Source of the DNA: Candidatus Sumerlaeia bacterium
Lineage (GTDB): Bacteria; Sumerlaeota; Sumerlaeia; SLMS01; JANRJK01
Assembly (NCBI GenBank): GCA_033764015.1
Contig: JANRJK010000028.1
Coordinates: 1 to 64,000, forward strand
DNA: 64,000 nucleotides
Reading direction: 5' to 3'
The notes below the pieces were generated by a model. That model saw nothing but the letters and a program-made list of their open reading frames with translations, did not search any database and was not told where the DNA came from. A program made the translations under genes and the position numbers. Of the stretch, positions 17,391 to 26,894 are shown one piece after another. The stretch's first letter is position 1; every line of letters begins with the position of its first letter.

Positions 17391-18452
17391 ATGGCCACGA
17401 CCGCCGCCGCTCCGCTCACCCCCGATGCGCTCCGCGCGCTGCTCGGCATCGACGCGTCCGTGCCGCTTCCCCCGGGGCCCTTCCGCGCGTTCACCACCCT
17501 CGAGGAGGCGGGTCCGGAGGACCTGAGCTTCGTCGCCCGCCGCAAGCTCGCGAAGGCCGCCGAGACGACGCGCGCCGCCGCGGTGCTGGTCCCGCAGGGC
17601 GTCGCCGTCGAGCATCCGAACGCGGTGCCGGTGGCGGACCTGTGGCTGGCGGCGCTCGCGCTGCTCAACCACTTCCATCCGCCGCGCCCCCGCGCCGCGG
17701 CGCAGCACCCGACCGCCATCGTCCCCGCGAGCTGCACCGTCGGCGAGCACGTCGAGATCGGGCCGTACTGCGTCCTGGGGGAGGGCGTCGTCCTCGGCGA
17801 CCGCGTGCGCCTCGGCGCGCACACGGTCCTCGGCGATGGGGTCTCCATCGGGGAGGACAGCGAGCTGCACCCGCGCGTCACGGTGCTGGAGCGCTGCGCC
17901 GTCGGCCGCCGCGTGATCCTCCACAGCGGCTGCGTGGTGGGCTCGGACGGCTTCAAGTACGAGGTCGCCGGACGCCGGCTGCAGAAGGTTCCGCAGGTGG
18001 GCGTCGTCGTGATCGAGGACGAGGTCGAGATCGGGGCGAACGCGACGCTCGACCGGGCGAGCTTCACGGAGACGCGGATCGGCGCGCGTGCGAAGCTCGA
18101 CAACCTGGTGCATATCGCGCACAACGTCTCCGTCGGGAGCGACTGCGTCTTCGCCGCGCAGGTCGGCATCGCTGGCTCCACCAAGGTGGGGCGCGGCGTG
18201 ATGATGGGCGGCCAGTCGGGCGCCAAGGACAACATCGTGATCGGCGACGGCACCATGATCGGCGGGCAGTCCGGCGTGGGGAACGACCTGCCGCCGAAGT
18301 CGAAGGCGATGGGGTCGCCGTCGATGCCTTCGGCGGAGTACTGGAAGATGCTGGCGATCATGCGGCGCCTGCCGGAGCTGTACGAGCAGCTCCAGGCGCT
18401 CGGCTTCCTGAAGCGCGGCGAGGTCGACGGGCCGGCGCCCGCGGAGGAGTAG
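17391..18452 (+). CDS. lpxD: UDP-3-O-acylglucosamine N-acyltransferase
   Basis: Hexapeptide repeats, GSDGFKY, KVPQVGVVVIEDEVEIGAN, KLDNLVHIAHNV. Confidence 0.95.
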   Translation: MATTAAAPLTPDALRALLGIDASVPLPPGPFRAFTTLEEAGPEDLSFVARRKLAKAAETTRAAAVLVPQGVAVEHPNAVPVADLWLAALALLNHFHPPRPRAAAQHPTAIVPASCTVGEHVEIGPYCVLGEGVVLGDRVRLGAHTVLGDGVSIGEDSELHPRVTVLERCAVGRRVILHSGCVVGSDGFKYEVAGRRLQKVPQVGVVVIEDEVEIGANATLDRASFTETRIGARAKLDNLVHIAHNVSVGSDCVFAAQVGIAGSTKVGRGVMMGGQSGAKDNIVIGDGTMIGGQSGVGNDLPPKSKAMGSPSMPSAEYWKMLAIMRRLPELYEQLQALGFLKRGEVDGPAPAEE

Positions 18453-18507
18453 CGCCCGCCGCAACCTGTTGCCCGGCGGAGCGGCCTCCCGCAGCATCCC
18501 GCGCCAG

Positions 18508-20214
18508 ATGCCGAACAGCGCCCCCGACCCGACCATCCGCCGCAAGGGCCCCGCCGAGAGCGGCGACGGGCGCCGCGTCCGGTTGTTCCCCCCGGTGCTG
18601 CGCCCGGTCCGCGTCTTCCTCCGGCTGCTGCCTTTCCTTGTGAGCTTCGCGCGCGACTTCCGCGCGCACATCTTCTTCGGCCCGCCGGCGGACCGCACCG
18701 AGGAGGAGCACCGCCGCCGCGCCGTCGAGATCACCGCCACGATCGCCTCCCTGGGAGCCACCTTCATCAAGGGGATCCAGGTGCTCGCGGTGCGGGAGGA
18801 CCTGATCCCGCTCACCTACACCCGCGAGTTCAAGCGACTGCAGGACCAGGTGCCGCCGTTCCCCGGCGGCGAGGCGCGTTCGACGATCCAGCGCGAGTTC
18901 GGCAAGCGCGTCGAGGACCTGTTCGAGCGCTTCGACGCGGAGCCGATCGCCGCCGCCTCCATCGGGCAGGTGCACCGGGCGCGCATCGACGGGCGCGAGG
19001 TGGCGGTCAAGGTGCTCCGCCCCGGCATCGAGGAGCAGGTCGAGACCGACCTCGCGGTGCTCGCCTTCATCCTCTTCCTCTTCGAGACCTTCCTCGACAA
19101 CTACCTGGTCCGCAGCTTCCGCGCGATCTACGACGAGTTCTCCCGCGTGATCCGCGAGGAGATGGACTACCGCCTCGAGGCGAAGAACAACCGGCGCCTC
19201 CGCGCCATGTTCCAGGACGACCCGCGCGTCATCATCCCCCGCTGCGCCGAGGGCTTCGTGCGCCGCCGCGTCATCGCCTTCGACTTCGTCGAGGGCGTCC
19301 GCATCGACGACCGCGAGGGGGTGGCGGCGCTCGGCGTCGATCCGCGGGGCCTCCTCCAGACGCTGACCGAGATCTACCTCCAGATGGCGCTCCGCCACGG
19401 CTTCGTCCACGCGGACCCGCACCCGGGCAACCTCCTCGTCTGCGAAGGCGGGCGCATCGCGATCCTCGACTACGGCATGGCGGTCGACATCGACGCGGAG
19501 ACGCGCAAGGAGATGCTCCGCATCGTCTTCCACGTCGTGCGCGAGGATGTGGACGCCATCGTCGACAGCTTCTACCGCCTCAAGATGGTCGATCCCGAGA
19601 TCAACCGCGCCACCCTCCTCGACGCGGCGGAGCGGCTGCTCCACATCCGGATCCGCACCGACGCGACGCCGCGCCAGATCCGCGAGATCGCGCTCGAGAT
19701 CCTCCAGACCTTCTACCGGTTCCCGCTCCGGCTCCCCGAGCAGCTCGTCTACCTTTCGCGCGCCGCCGCCCTCGTCGAGGGGATCGGCTACGTGTACGAC
19801 CCGAACTTCAACGCGATCCGGTTCGGCACGCCGATCGTCCGCGACCTGCTGCTCAAGGAGCCGCTGCTCGATTCGGAGCCGCTGGCGGAGCGCCTGAAGA
19901 AGGGTGGCCGCGCCGCGCTGCGCCTGGCCCGCGGCGTCGCGCGCACCATCAACCGCATCGAGCGCGACGACATCCGGGTCCGGATCCACCGGGCGGACAT
20001 CGACGAGATCGAAGCGCTGTTCACGAGCCTGATGCGTCGATTGCTGGCCGGCCTGCTGGCGACCATCGTCGCCGCCGCCGGCGTCGCGGTCTACCTCCAC
20101 ACGGGCCTTGCGCGGGGCCTGCTCTTCAGCCTGCCGCTCGCGGCGGCGCTGCTCTTCCTCGGGGCGTTCCTGCCGCTGCGGCGGAAGCCGCGCCGCAAGT
20201 CGCCGTTCCTCTGA
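18508..20214 (+). CDS. ABC1/UbiB (AarF) family atypical kinase
   Basis: LGATFIKGIQ, AAASIGQVH, VAVKV, HADPHPGN, LDYG; C-terminal TM segments. Confidence 0.93.
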   Translation: MPNSAPDPTIRRKGPAESGDGRRVRLFPPVLRPVRVFLRLLPFLVSFARDFRAHIFFGPPADRTEEEHRRRAVEITATIASLGATFIKGIQVLAVREDLIPLTYTREFKRLQDQVPPFPGGEARSTIQREFGKRVEDLFERFDAEPIAAASIGQVHRARIDGREVAVKVLRPGIEEQVETDLAVLAFILFLFETFLDNYLVRSFRAIYDEFSRVIREEMDYRLEAKNNRRLRAMFQDDPRVIIPRCAEGFVRRRVIAFDFVEGVRIDDREGVAALGVDPRGLLQTLTEIYLQMALRHGFVHADPHPGNLLVCEGGRIAILDYGMAVDIDAETRKEMLRIVFHVVREDVDAIVDSFYRLKMVDPEINRATLLDAAERLLHIRIRTDATPRQIREIALEILQTFYRFPLRLPEQLVYLSRAAALVEGIGYVYDPNFNAIRFGTPIVRDLLLKEPLLDSEPLAERLKKGGRAALRLARGVARTINRIERDDIRVRIHRADIDEIEALFTSLMRRLLAGLLATIVAAAGVAVYLHTGLARGLLFSLPLAAALLFLGAFLPLRRKPRRKSPFL

Positions 20215-20218
20215 GCGC

Positions 20219-20602
20219 TCAGCCCAGCTCCTCGCGCCACGCTTCGAGCTCCCGGCGGAGGATGCCGAGCTCCTCCTTCAAGGCGGCGAGCTTCTCGGGC
20301 GACGCGGCCGCCTCGTCCGCCTCCGGCGCGGGGGGCGTGCGGTGCCGCCCTCCCTTCGCCAGCTCCGCCTGCAACTGCTCGACCGCTCCCGACACCGTGT
20401 ACTTGTCGTCGTAGAGGAGCTCCCGGATGCGCATCAGCACCTCGATGTCGCGGTCCCGGTAGCGGCGCTGGTCGCCGGCGTCCTTCTCCGGGCGCAGCAT
20501 CGGGAAGCGCGACTCCCAGTAGCGGAGGACGTAGGGTTCGACGCCGACGATGTCGGCCACTTCCTGGATCCGGTAGAAGAGTTTCCGGGTGTAGCTCGTC
20601 AC
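20219..20602 (-). CDS. MerR family transcriptional regulator
   Basis: YRIQEVADIVGVEPYVLRYWE...RRY HTH. Confidence 0.9.
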   Translation of the reverse strand: MTSYTRKLFYRIQEVADIVGVEPYVLRYWESRFPMLRPEKDAGDQRRYRDRDIEVLMRIRELLYDDKYTVSGAVEQLQAELAKGGRHRTPPAPEADEAAASPEKLAALKEELGILRRELEAWREELG

Positions 20603-20679
20603 GCGGCGCGGGCTCCCTGGGCGGTCGGCGGGGGATCGTTGAGGAAGTCAAGCATCCAGCGCGCGATGAAGCGCAAGCG

Positions 20680-20910
20680 TCAACGCTCCCAGGACCAGGT
20701 GACGAGTGTGACCAGGATGATCGCCGCGGCGACGAACGCGTAGGCGAGGAGGCGGAGCTGGTCGTCGTTGAGGAGGCCCTTCGGGCGTTCCGCGCCCTCC
20801 CCCTCGTCGTCCTCGTCGGACTTCAGCAGGCGGTAGAGGATGTAGCAGACGCCGCCGATGGCGCCGAGCGCCGGCACCATCGCGAGCCAGAACATGCCGA
20901 TCTGGGACAC
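20680..20910 (-). CDS. Small two-TM hypothetical membrane protein
   Basis: Two hydrophobic helices with an acidic linker; co-oriented with its neighbours. Confidence 0.6.
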   Translation of the reverse strand: MSQIGMFWLAMVPALGAIGGVCYILYRLLKSDEDDEGEGAERPKGLLNDDQLRLLAYAFVAAAIILVTLVTWSWER

Positions 20911-20920
20911 GCCGCGGGGC

Positions 20921-21808
20921 TCAGCGTCCGCCGGTGCCCGGGCGCATCGAATCGCGGTAGGCGTGCGCCCTGCGCTCCGCCTTCTCCAGCGCCTCGCCGA
21001 ACTGCACCATGTCGCCTTCGCGGATGAAGCGCCGCGCCCGGTCGATCTCGTAGATCGTGATCTTGCCGTACTCCGGCTTGCTGGTGCGCCCGGCGTAGAT
21101 CGCCAGCCGTCCCTCGCGCCCCCTCGGGGCGTTCACCGGTGCGTAGGTGACCTCGATCTCCCGGATGTCCCGCCGCTTCCAGAGCTGGAACACGTCGCGG
21201 CGGGGCAGCTCCGCGCGGATGGTCCATTGCCCGGGGCGTTCGCGCGTGAACTCCCCGGTCACCGCGCCCGACTCGTCGATCACCTTGAGCGAGTGGATCT
21301 CCACATCGGTGCGCTCCGCCTCGAAGCTGAGCGCGCTGGTGTCCTCCACCACGCCGCCGAGGCGGTAGCGGTCCGTGTCCGGCGAGTCGGCGTCGCCCGC
21401 CACCCCGCCCCGTCCCACTTGGATCCAAGTGTAGTCGTTCAGCGAGGCGTGCAGATCGTTCCGAAGGGACAAATAGTTGTAAATGCTTTCCAGCACGCGG
21501 GGCACCGAAGGGTCCACGCGGGCGGGGTCCACCCTGCCGGGGGTGGCCTCCACATGCTTTCGCAGCCGCCCCATGAGCCCGATGCAGTCCGTGACGGAGA
21601 GGGGCGGCACGTAGTCGAACCGCTCCACCTGGAGCGTCGCAGGAGTGGGGCTTGGCGTCGTCGCGGCGGGGGATGGGGGGGATGGGGCCGGCCGGGCGGG
21701 CGCTTCGGCGACGAGTGCGGCCTCCGCCGGGTCCTCCGCGCGCGCCGCACCTATCCACCCGGCGAGGGCGGCGGCGAGGGCGACGGTCAGGAGGGGGCGC
21801 GGCGGCAT
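20921..21808 (-). CDS. Hypothetical secreted protein
   Basis: Signal peptide, Pro/Thr linker, coding-like codon bias. Confidence 0.65.
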   Translation of the reverse strand: MPPRPLLTVALAAALAGWIGAARAEDPAEAALVAEAPARPAPSPPSPAATTPSPTPATLQVERFDYVPPLSVTDCIGLMGRLRKHVEATPGRVDPARVDPSVPRVLESIYNYLSLRNDLHASLNDYTWIQVGRGGVAGDADSPDTDRYRLGGVVEDTSALSFEAERTDVEIHSLKVIDESGAVTGEFTRERPGQWTIRAELPRRDVFQLWKRRDIREIEVTYAPVNAPRGREGRLAIYAGRTSKPEYGKITIYEIDRARRFIREGDMVQFGEALEKAERRAHAYRDSMRPGTGGR

Positions 21809-21902
21809 CGATGCAGAAGACTCCAAGATGAGCGTAAGCCGCCCTGCGAAGACCGGCAACTGCTTACTTTGCGCTCATTCGGAGCCCATCCGCCGCGCGC
21901 GG

Positions 21903-22820
21903 TCAGGAGTGCCTGATCCGCGGGTCCAGGATCGGATACAGCGCATCCACCAACAGGTTCGCCCCGACCAGCAGCATGCAGTAAAACACCGTGAGCCCCA
22001 TGATGAGCGGCATGTCGCGGTTCGAGACCGACTCGATGAAGATGCGGCCGATGCCGTTGATGCTGAAGATCTTCTCGATCACGAGCGACCCGGTCAGCAG
22101 GCCTGCCAGAACCGGGCCGAGATACGTCACCACCGGCACCAGGGCGTTGCGCAGCCCGTGCCGGACCACGACCCGGAACGCCGGGACGCCCTTCGCGGTG
22201 GCGGTCCGCATGTAGTCCTCCGAGAAGACCGACAGCATGGATGCCCGGGTGAGCCGCATGATCGCGGCGAAGGGGAACGCCGCGAGGCACGCCGCCGGCA
22301 CCCACATGCGCCAGTACCCCTCCATCCACTCCGAAGCCGGGAACCAGTTCAATTGCCGGACGAAGACGAAGATCACCAGCGACGCGAGGATGAAGCTGGG
22401 CACACTGACCCCGAGCAGCGATAGGAAGCGCCCGGCGTTATCGATGAACCGGTTGTGGTGGAGCGCGGACAGCACGCCGATCGGCATCCCGATGGCCAGC
22501 GCGATCGCCAACGCCCGCCAAGCCAGCCGCAGCGACGCCGGCAGGTACGCCCCGAGGACGTCCCGCAGCGTCATGAACCGCTGCTTGCGCGACTCGACGG
22601 AATCGAGCACCAGCAGTTTACTCATGTGGTACCAGTACTGTTCGTGGAGCGGCCGGTCCAGCTTCCACTCCCGGCTGATCTCCTCGATCACCATCGGGTC
22701 CACGCGCCCCTCGCCGAGGATCTCCTCGCCGCCCGCCAGCTTGACCAGGAAGAACACCGAGGTGGCCACCAGCCAGATGGTGAAGAGGGCGGAGGGGATG
22801 CGCTTGAGGAAGTAGGTCAT
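21903..22820 (-). CDS. oppB: Oligopeptide/dipeptide ABC transporter permease (OppB/DppB family)
   Basis: LDRPLHEQY, SVPSF, EDYMRTATAKG (EAA loop), HGLRNAL, GSLVIEKIF. Confidence 0.9.
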   Translation of the reverse strand: MTYFLKRIPSALFTIWLVATSVFFLVKLAGGEEILGEGRVDPMVIEEISREWKLDRPLHEQYWYHMSKLLVLDSVESRKQRFMTLRDVLGAYLPASLRLAWRALAIALAIGMPIGVLSALHHNRFIDNAGRFLSLLGVSVPSFILASLVIFVFVRQLNWFPASEWMEGYWRMWVPAACLAAFPFAAIMRLTRASMLSVFSEDYMRTATAKGVPAFRVVVRHGLRNALVPVVTYLGPVLAGLLTGSLVIEKIFSINGIGRIFIESVSNRDMPLIMGLTVFYCMLLVGANLLVDALYPILDPRIRHS

Positions 22821-23020
22821 CGGGCGGGGGGCTCCAGTGCCGCGCACCGTCGCCCAGCGGGCCGCGCAGGCTCAACACCTGATCGCGTCCCGGCGAAACC
22901 CGCATTGACGGAACGAGCGCTGGCCGCGAGTCTGGCCGGCGTGGCGTGGAGGGCGCGCCTTCGGATTGGCGCCGTTGTTGCACCCCCGCGCCCGGTACCA
23001 GCCCCGGAGTTCCCCCGCGA

Positions 23021-25600
23021 ATGAGAACAAACCGCCTCCGCCACAGCCTGATCGCCGCGTTGCTGCTCGCGGGACCGCTTTCCGCGGAGCCGGCGACCGA
23101 AGCGGGGCCGGATGCGCCCGCGCCAGAATGGCTCGCGCCCGGAGCGGAACAGCGCGTCCATGCGCCCGCGGGCTTCCAGCTCGCCCCCGAGAGCGCGTTC
23201 CCCGGAGGCGAGCCCATCGTCGAGGATCCCGTCACGGCGATCGCGCGCCGCTCCTACGTCCGGGGCTCCCTCGCGGCCAACTCGGGCAACCCGGTGCGCG
23301 CCTTCGAGGAGTTCAAGAAGGCCGCCGAGACCGACCCCGAGAGCGAGTGGCTCGTGCTCCGCGCCATCGACGCCGCGCTCAACCTCGGCAACCTCGACTA
23401 CAGCCGCACCGCCGCCGAGGAGATGCTCAAGCACGACCCCGCGAACACCCGCGCTATGCTTCGCATGGGCTCCATCGCCATGACCCGCGAGCGGTACAAG
23501 GACGCCCAGCGCTGGTACTCGGATATCGTGGCGCTGGAACCCGCCAACACAGAGGCCCTGATCCGGCTCGCCCAGATCGCCTTCGAGGTGGACCGCGACT
23601 ACGAAGAGACCGCGGAGCTGACCGGGCGCATCCTCGTCGCCTCGCCGTTCAACCTGCAGGCCATGGTGTGGAACGCCCAGTCGCATGCGCTCATGGGCAA
23701 CGTGGAGCAGGCGGCGGACCTGTACGAGCGCCTCATCGGCTACCGGCCCAGCCTCGTCATGCAGATCGCCGACCTGAGCCGCCGCCTCCTCATCCAGGAG
23801 CGTGTGGACGACTGCATCCGCCTTCTCGAGCGCGGCATCGCGATGGCGCCCACCGCGGGGCCGCTCCGCCAAATGTGGGAGGCGATCGTCCAGCAGAAGG
23901 ACGGCGCCGAGGGGCTCGACGCCGCCTACGAGAAGCTCGCCCGCGAAAACGCGGACAACCTGCCGGTGCTCGAGCTCCAAGCCGAGTACTTCTGGCGCAC
24001 CGACAAGCTCGTCGAGGTGCGCGCGCTCCGCGAGCGCATGCTGGCGAGCGATCCCGGATACGTCCGCGCGCTCGTCGACCTTGCGCGCCTCGACCTCAAG
24101 GAGGGCCTGCTCGAAAGCGCCGAGCGCCGAGTCGAGCTCGCCCTGCAGATCGGCAACGACGACCCCGAGACCTACCGCCTCCTCGGGCAGGACTTCCTCG
24201 ACCTCGGCTATCCGGAGCGCGCCCGCGCGCTCCTCGAGCGCGCCGTCGCCGTGAACCCGCGGGACCCGGAAGGCCACTTCCTGCTCGGGGGCCTCTACGA
24301 GGACCGCAAGCTGTACGACCTCGCCGAGGAGCACCTGCGCGCCGCCATCGACAACTCGCCCGCGACGGCCCGCTACCTCGAAGGCCTCGGCGGCTTCTTC
24401 GAGCGCCGCTCCCGCCTGCGCGAGGCGAGCGAGCTCTACCAGCAGGCCCTCGCCGCCGACCCCTCCAACCGGCAAGTCGCCCTGTCGCTCATCCTCCTCA
24501 ACTACCGGCTGGACCAGACGGACGGCATCGACCGCCTCGCGCGCCCCTTCCTCGCCGACACCGCGCAGGACGCGGTGGACTTCCAGATGCGCCTCGGCAT
24601 CACCGCCCAGCGCTTCGGCGACTTCGAGCGCGCGCGCCACGCCCTCGAACGCGTGGTCGAGAAGGTTCCCGGCCTCATCCCGGCCCGCTACTACCTAGCC
24701 ACCACCCTCGTGAACCTCGACCGCCCGGACCTCGCGCGCGAGGTGCTCGAAGAGGGGGCGCGCTGGCCCGGCGCCAAGGAGGCGGGACGCCCCGAGTACC
24801 TATCCTACCTCGCCGACCTCTACTCCATGACCGGCGACACGGAGAAGCGCATCGCAGCGCTCGAGGAACTCGCGGAACTGGCGCCCGGCGACCACTTCGC
24901 CACGCGGTCGCTCATCGGCGCGCTCGTCGAGGCGGGGCGCGCCCGAGAGGCGGAGCGCGCGCTCCGCGAGTACCTCCCCGCCGCGGAGCGCGGCGAACCG
25001 GTGGAGGCGGTCCTCACCCGCGTCGAGTTCGAGATGGCCCGCGAGCGCACGGAGCAAGCGCTGGAGATCCTCACCAACGCGCTCGCCGAGCACCCCGGCA
25101 GCCCGGAGGTCCGCTTCCAGCTCGCGTTCGCGAGCGGAAAGGCGAAGCGGTCGGATCTCGCGGAGGAGCACTACCGCGCGCTGATCCGCCTTTCGGGACC
25201 GGACTCCGAGGAGGACCGCTACGCGGCCCTCGCGCGCAACAACCTCGCCTACCTGTTTGCCAAGGAGCGCAGGAACCTCGAGGAGGCGGAGACGCTCGCC
25301 CGCGAAGCGCTCCAGCTCAACCCGGACGCCGCGTTCATCATGGACACGGTCGGCTACATCCGATATCTGCGCGGCGACTTCGACGAGGCGCGCCGCCTCA
25401 TGGAGCGCGCCGCCCGCATGTCGCCCCGCGACCCGGAGGTGCATTCGAACCTCGGCGACCTCTACTCCGCGCAGGGCCTCTTCGAGCAGGCGCAGCGGAG
25501 CTACGACCGCGCCCACGCGCTGGACCCTGCGCTCGAGGGCCTCGCGGAGAAGCGGCAGGCGGCCGCCTCTGGAGTCCCCGCATCCTCCAGCGCGCCGTAA
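23021..25600 (+). CDS. Exported tetratricopeptide-repeat protein
   Basis: Signal peptide; many TPRs ending in NNLAY...DTVGY...HSNLGD. Confidence 0.88.
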   Translation: MRTNRLRHSLIAALLLAGPLSAEPATEAGPDAPAPEWLAPGAEQRVHAPAGFQLAPESAFPGGEPIVEDPVTAIARRSYVRGSLAANSGNPVRAFEEFKKAAETDPESEWLVLRAIDAALNLGNLDYSRTAAEEMLKHDPANTRAMLRMGSIAMTRERYKDAQRWYSDIVALEPANTEALIRLAQIAFEVDRDYEETAELTGRILVASPFNLQAMVWNAQSHALMGNVEQAADLYERLIGYRPSLVMQIADLSRRLLIQERVDDCIRLLERGIAMAPTAGPLRQMWEAIVQQKDGAEGLDAAYEKLARENADNLPVLELQAEYFWRTDKLVEVRALRERMLASDPGYVRALVDLARLDLKEGLLESAERRVELALQIGNDDPETYRLLGQDFLDLGYPERARALLERAVAVNPRDPEGHFLLGGLYEDRKLYDLAEEHLRAAIDNSPATARYLEGLGGFFERRSRLREASELYQQALAADPSNRQVALSLILLNYRLDQTDGIDRLARPFLADTAQDAVDFQMRLGITAQRFGDFERARHALERVVEKVPGLIPARYYLATTLVNLDRPDLAREVLEEGARWPGAKEAGRPEYLSYLADLYSMTGDTEKRIAALEELAELAPGDHFATRSLIGALVEAGRAREAERALREYLPAAERGEPVEAVLTRVEFEMARERTEQALEILTNALAEHPGSPEVRFQLAFASGKAKRSDLAEEHYRALIRLSGPDSEEDRYAALARNNLAYLFAKERRNLEEAETLAREALQLNPDAAFIMDTVGYIRYLRGDFDEARRLMERAARMSPRDPEVHSNLGDLYSAQGLFEQAQRSYDRAHALDPALEGLAEKRQAAASGVPASSSAP

Positions 25601-25621
25601 GCGCCGAGGACCCCGCAAATG

Positions 25622-25659
25622 GAAAGCCCCCCGCGGAGCGCGCTCCGCGGGGGGCTTTC
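25622..25659. terminator. Perfect 38-bp palindrome, probable bidirectional terminator
   Basis: GAAAGCCCCCCGCGGAGCG/CGCTCCGCGGGGGGCTTTC between convergent genes. Confidence 0.75.
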
Positions 25660-25681
25660 GTGTTGAACCGCTTCTTGGAAC

Positions 25682-26035
25682 TCAGCGCGAGCCGTAGGCG
25701 ACCGTCTCGTACTTGGTGTAGAGGCCGAGGACGTTGAAATAGGTCGCATCCACGTGGTCCACGGTGGAAAGCCCGCCATTGGCGGCCGCCGTGTGCGTGG
25801 TGGCGTCGCCCCAGGCGATGAGGCCGAAGACGACGGACTCCGACTTGGTGGTTCCGCTGGTGGCGCCGATGGAGCCGCCGTCAACGAAGTCGATGTCCAC
25901 GGGAAAGCTGGTGTTGTTGTAGCCGGTGCCCGCGTAGGGCAGCACGGGCCCCTGCGGGAAGATGGCACAGCCGGAGAGGATCCCGGCGGCGAGGATCGCG
26001 ACAAGTCCGGCGGACCGGCGGAGGATTGCGTTCAT
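25682..26035 (-). CDS. TRL-like family lipoprotein (copy 3)
   Basis: Lipobox LSGC; SVVFGLIAWGDA...AANGGLSTVDHVD...NVLGLY...TVAYG. Confidence 0.8.
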   Translation of the reverse strand: MNAILRRSAGLVAILAAGILSGCAIFPQGPVLPYAGTGYNNTSFPVDIDFVDGGSIGATSGTTKSESVVFGLIAWGDATTHTAAANGGLSTVDHVDATYFNVLGLYTKYETVAYGSR

Positions 26036-26055
26036 GGCTGGTCTCCTGGGCCCGG

Positions 26056-26444
26056 TCAGTTGCCGTACACGTGGATGGTGAACTTGCCGAAGACGCCGAG
26101 GATCAGGAAACCCTCGTAGTCGGCGTAGGCCACCTCGTCGATGCCACCTTCCTTCGCGATCTTCTGGATGGCCACATCGTCCCATGCGAACGAAAGGCCG
26201 GTGAGGAGCGGATCGCGGAAGTAGCCGGTTTCGAGCGACGCGTGCTTGGGCGCGGCGTCTCCCACCGGGGTGGCGTTGTAGTTCGTGGTCAGGGGCGCCT
26301 TCACCGAAGTGAACAGCAGGCCCCCGGCGGGGGAACCACCGGGGCGCTGTAGAAGGCGCAGCCGCTGGCCAACGCGGAGAGCGCGAGAACCGGAGCCATC
26401 CGGGCCGCCCGCCGCAGCAGCGTTGTGTGCGGGGCGTTCGTCAT
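26056..26444 (-). pseudogene. TRL-like family lipoprotein (copy 2), frameshifted near 26321-26325
   Basis: The signal peptide/lipobox (ASGC AFYSAPVVPPP) from ATG 26444 is out of frame with the body (LLFTSVKAP...WDDVAI...GGID...HVYGN). The shift falls in a G5 run. Confidence 0.65.
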
Positions 26445-26447
26445 GGA

Positions 26448-26771
26448 TTAGTTCCCGTACGCGACGGTGGTGAACGTCTGGTAGATGCCGAGGACGTTGA
26501 AGTACTTGTAGTCGACGTGCTCGACCGTGCTCAGGCCGCCGTTGCTGGCCGCCGTCGTGGTGCTCGCGTCGCCCCAGGCGACCAGGCCGAGGACCGAGGC
26601 CGACTCGGCCTCGCCCGAACCCGTGGTCACCGGCGTCTGCTCGGCGTCGGTGTCGATCTGCGCGGAGACGTCGGAGAAGATGTAGCCGAGCGGCGGCATC
26701 ACGGGCGCGCGGTAGCAGCCCGACAGAATCGCGAGTGCCGCGACGGCACCCATCAGGGTCACAGCCTTCAT
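26448..26771 (-). CDS. TRL-like family lipoprotein (copy 1)
   Basis: Lipobox LSGC; SVLGLVAWGDAS...ASNGGLSTVEHVD...NVLGIY...VAYGN. Confidence 0.82.
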   Translation of the reverse strand: MKAVTLMGAVAALAILSGCYRAPVMPPLGYIFSDVSAQIDTDAEQTPVTTGSGEAESASVLGLVAWGDASTTTAASNGGLSTVEHVDYKYFNVLGIYQTFTTVAYGN

Positions 26772-26894
26772 GGCGTTGGCCTCTTCGTGAGGTGGGTTGC
26801 GCCGCGGGCCCGCAGGCCCGCGGCGGAAACGTTCAATGCAAACAACTTCCCAGCAACCGCGCCCCCACAAGGGCAAGCGTCAATGCGCCCGGGC

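Noticed and set aside
15921..18815. Very long antisense/alternate-frame ORFs (964 aa here; likewise 22966-25737 and 61125-63515)
   Set aside because: Shadow ORFs caused by high GC and stop-codon scarcity, overlapping well-supported genes.
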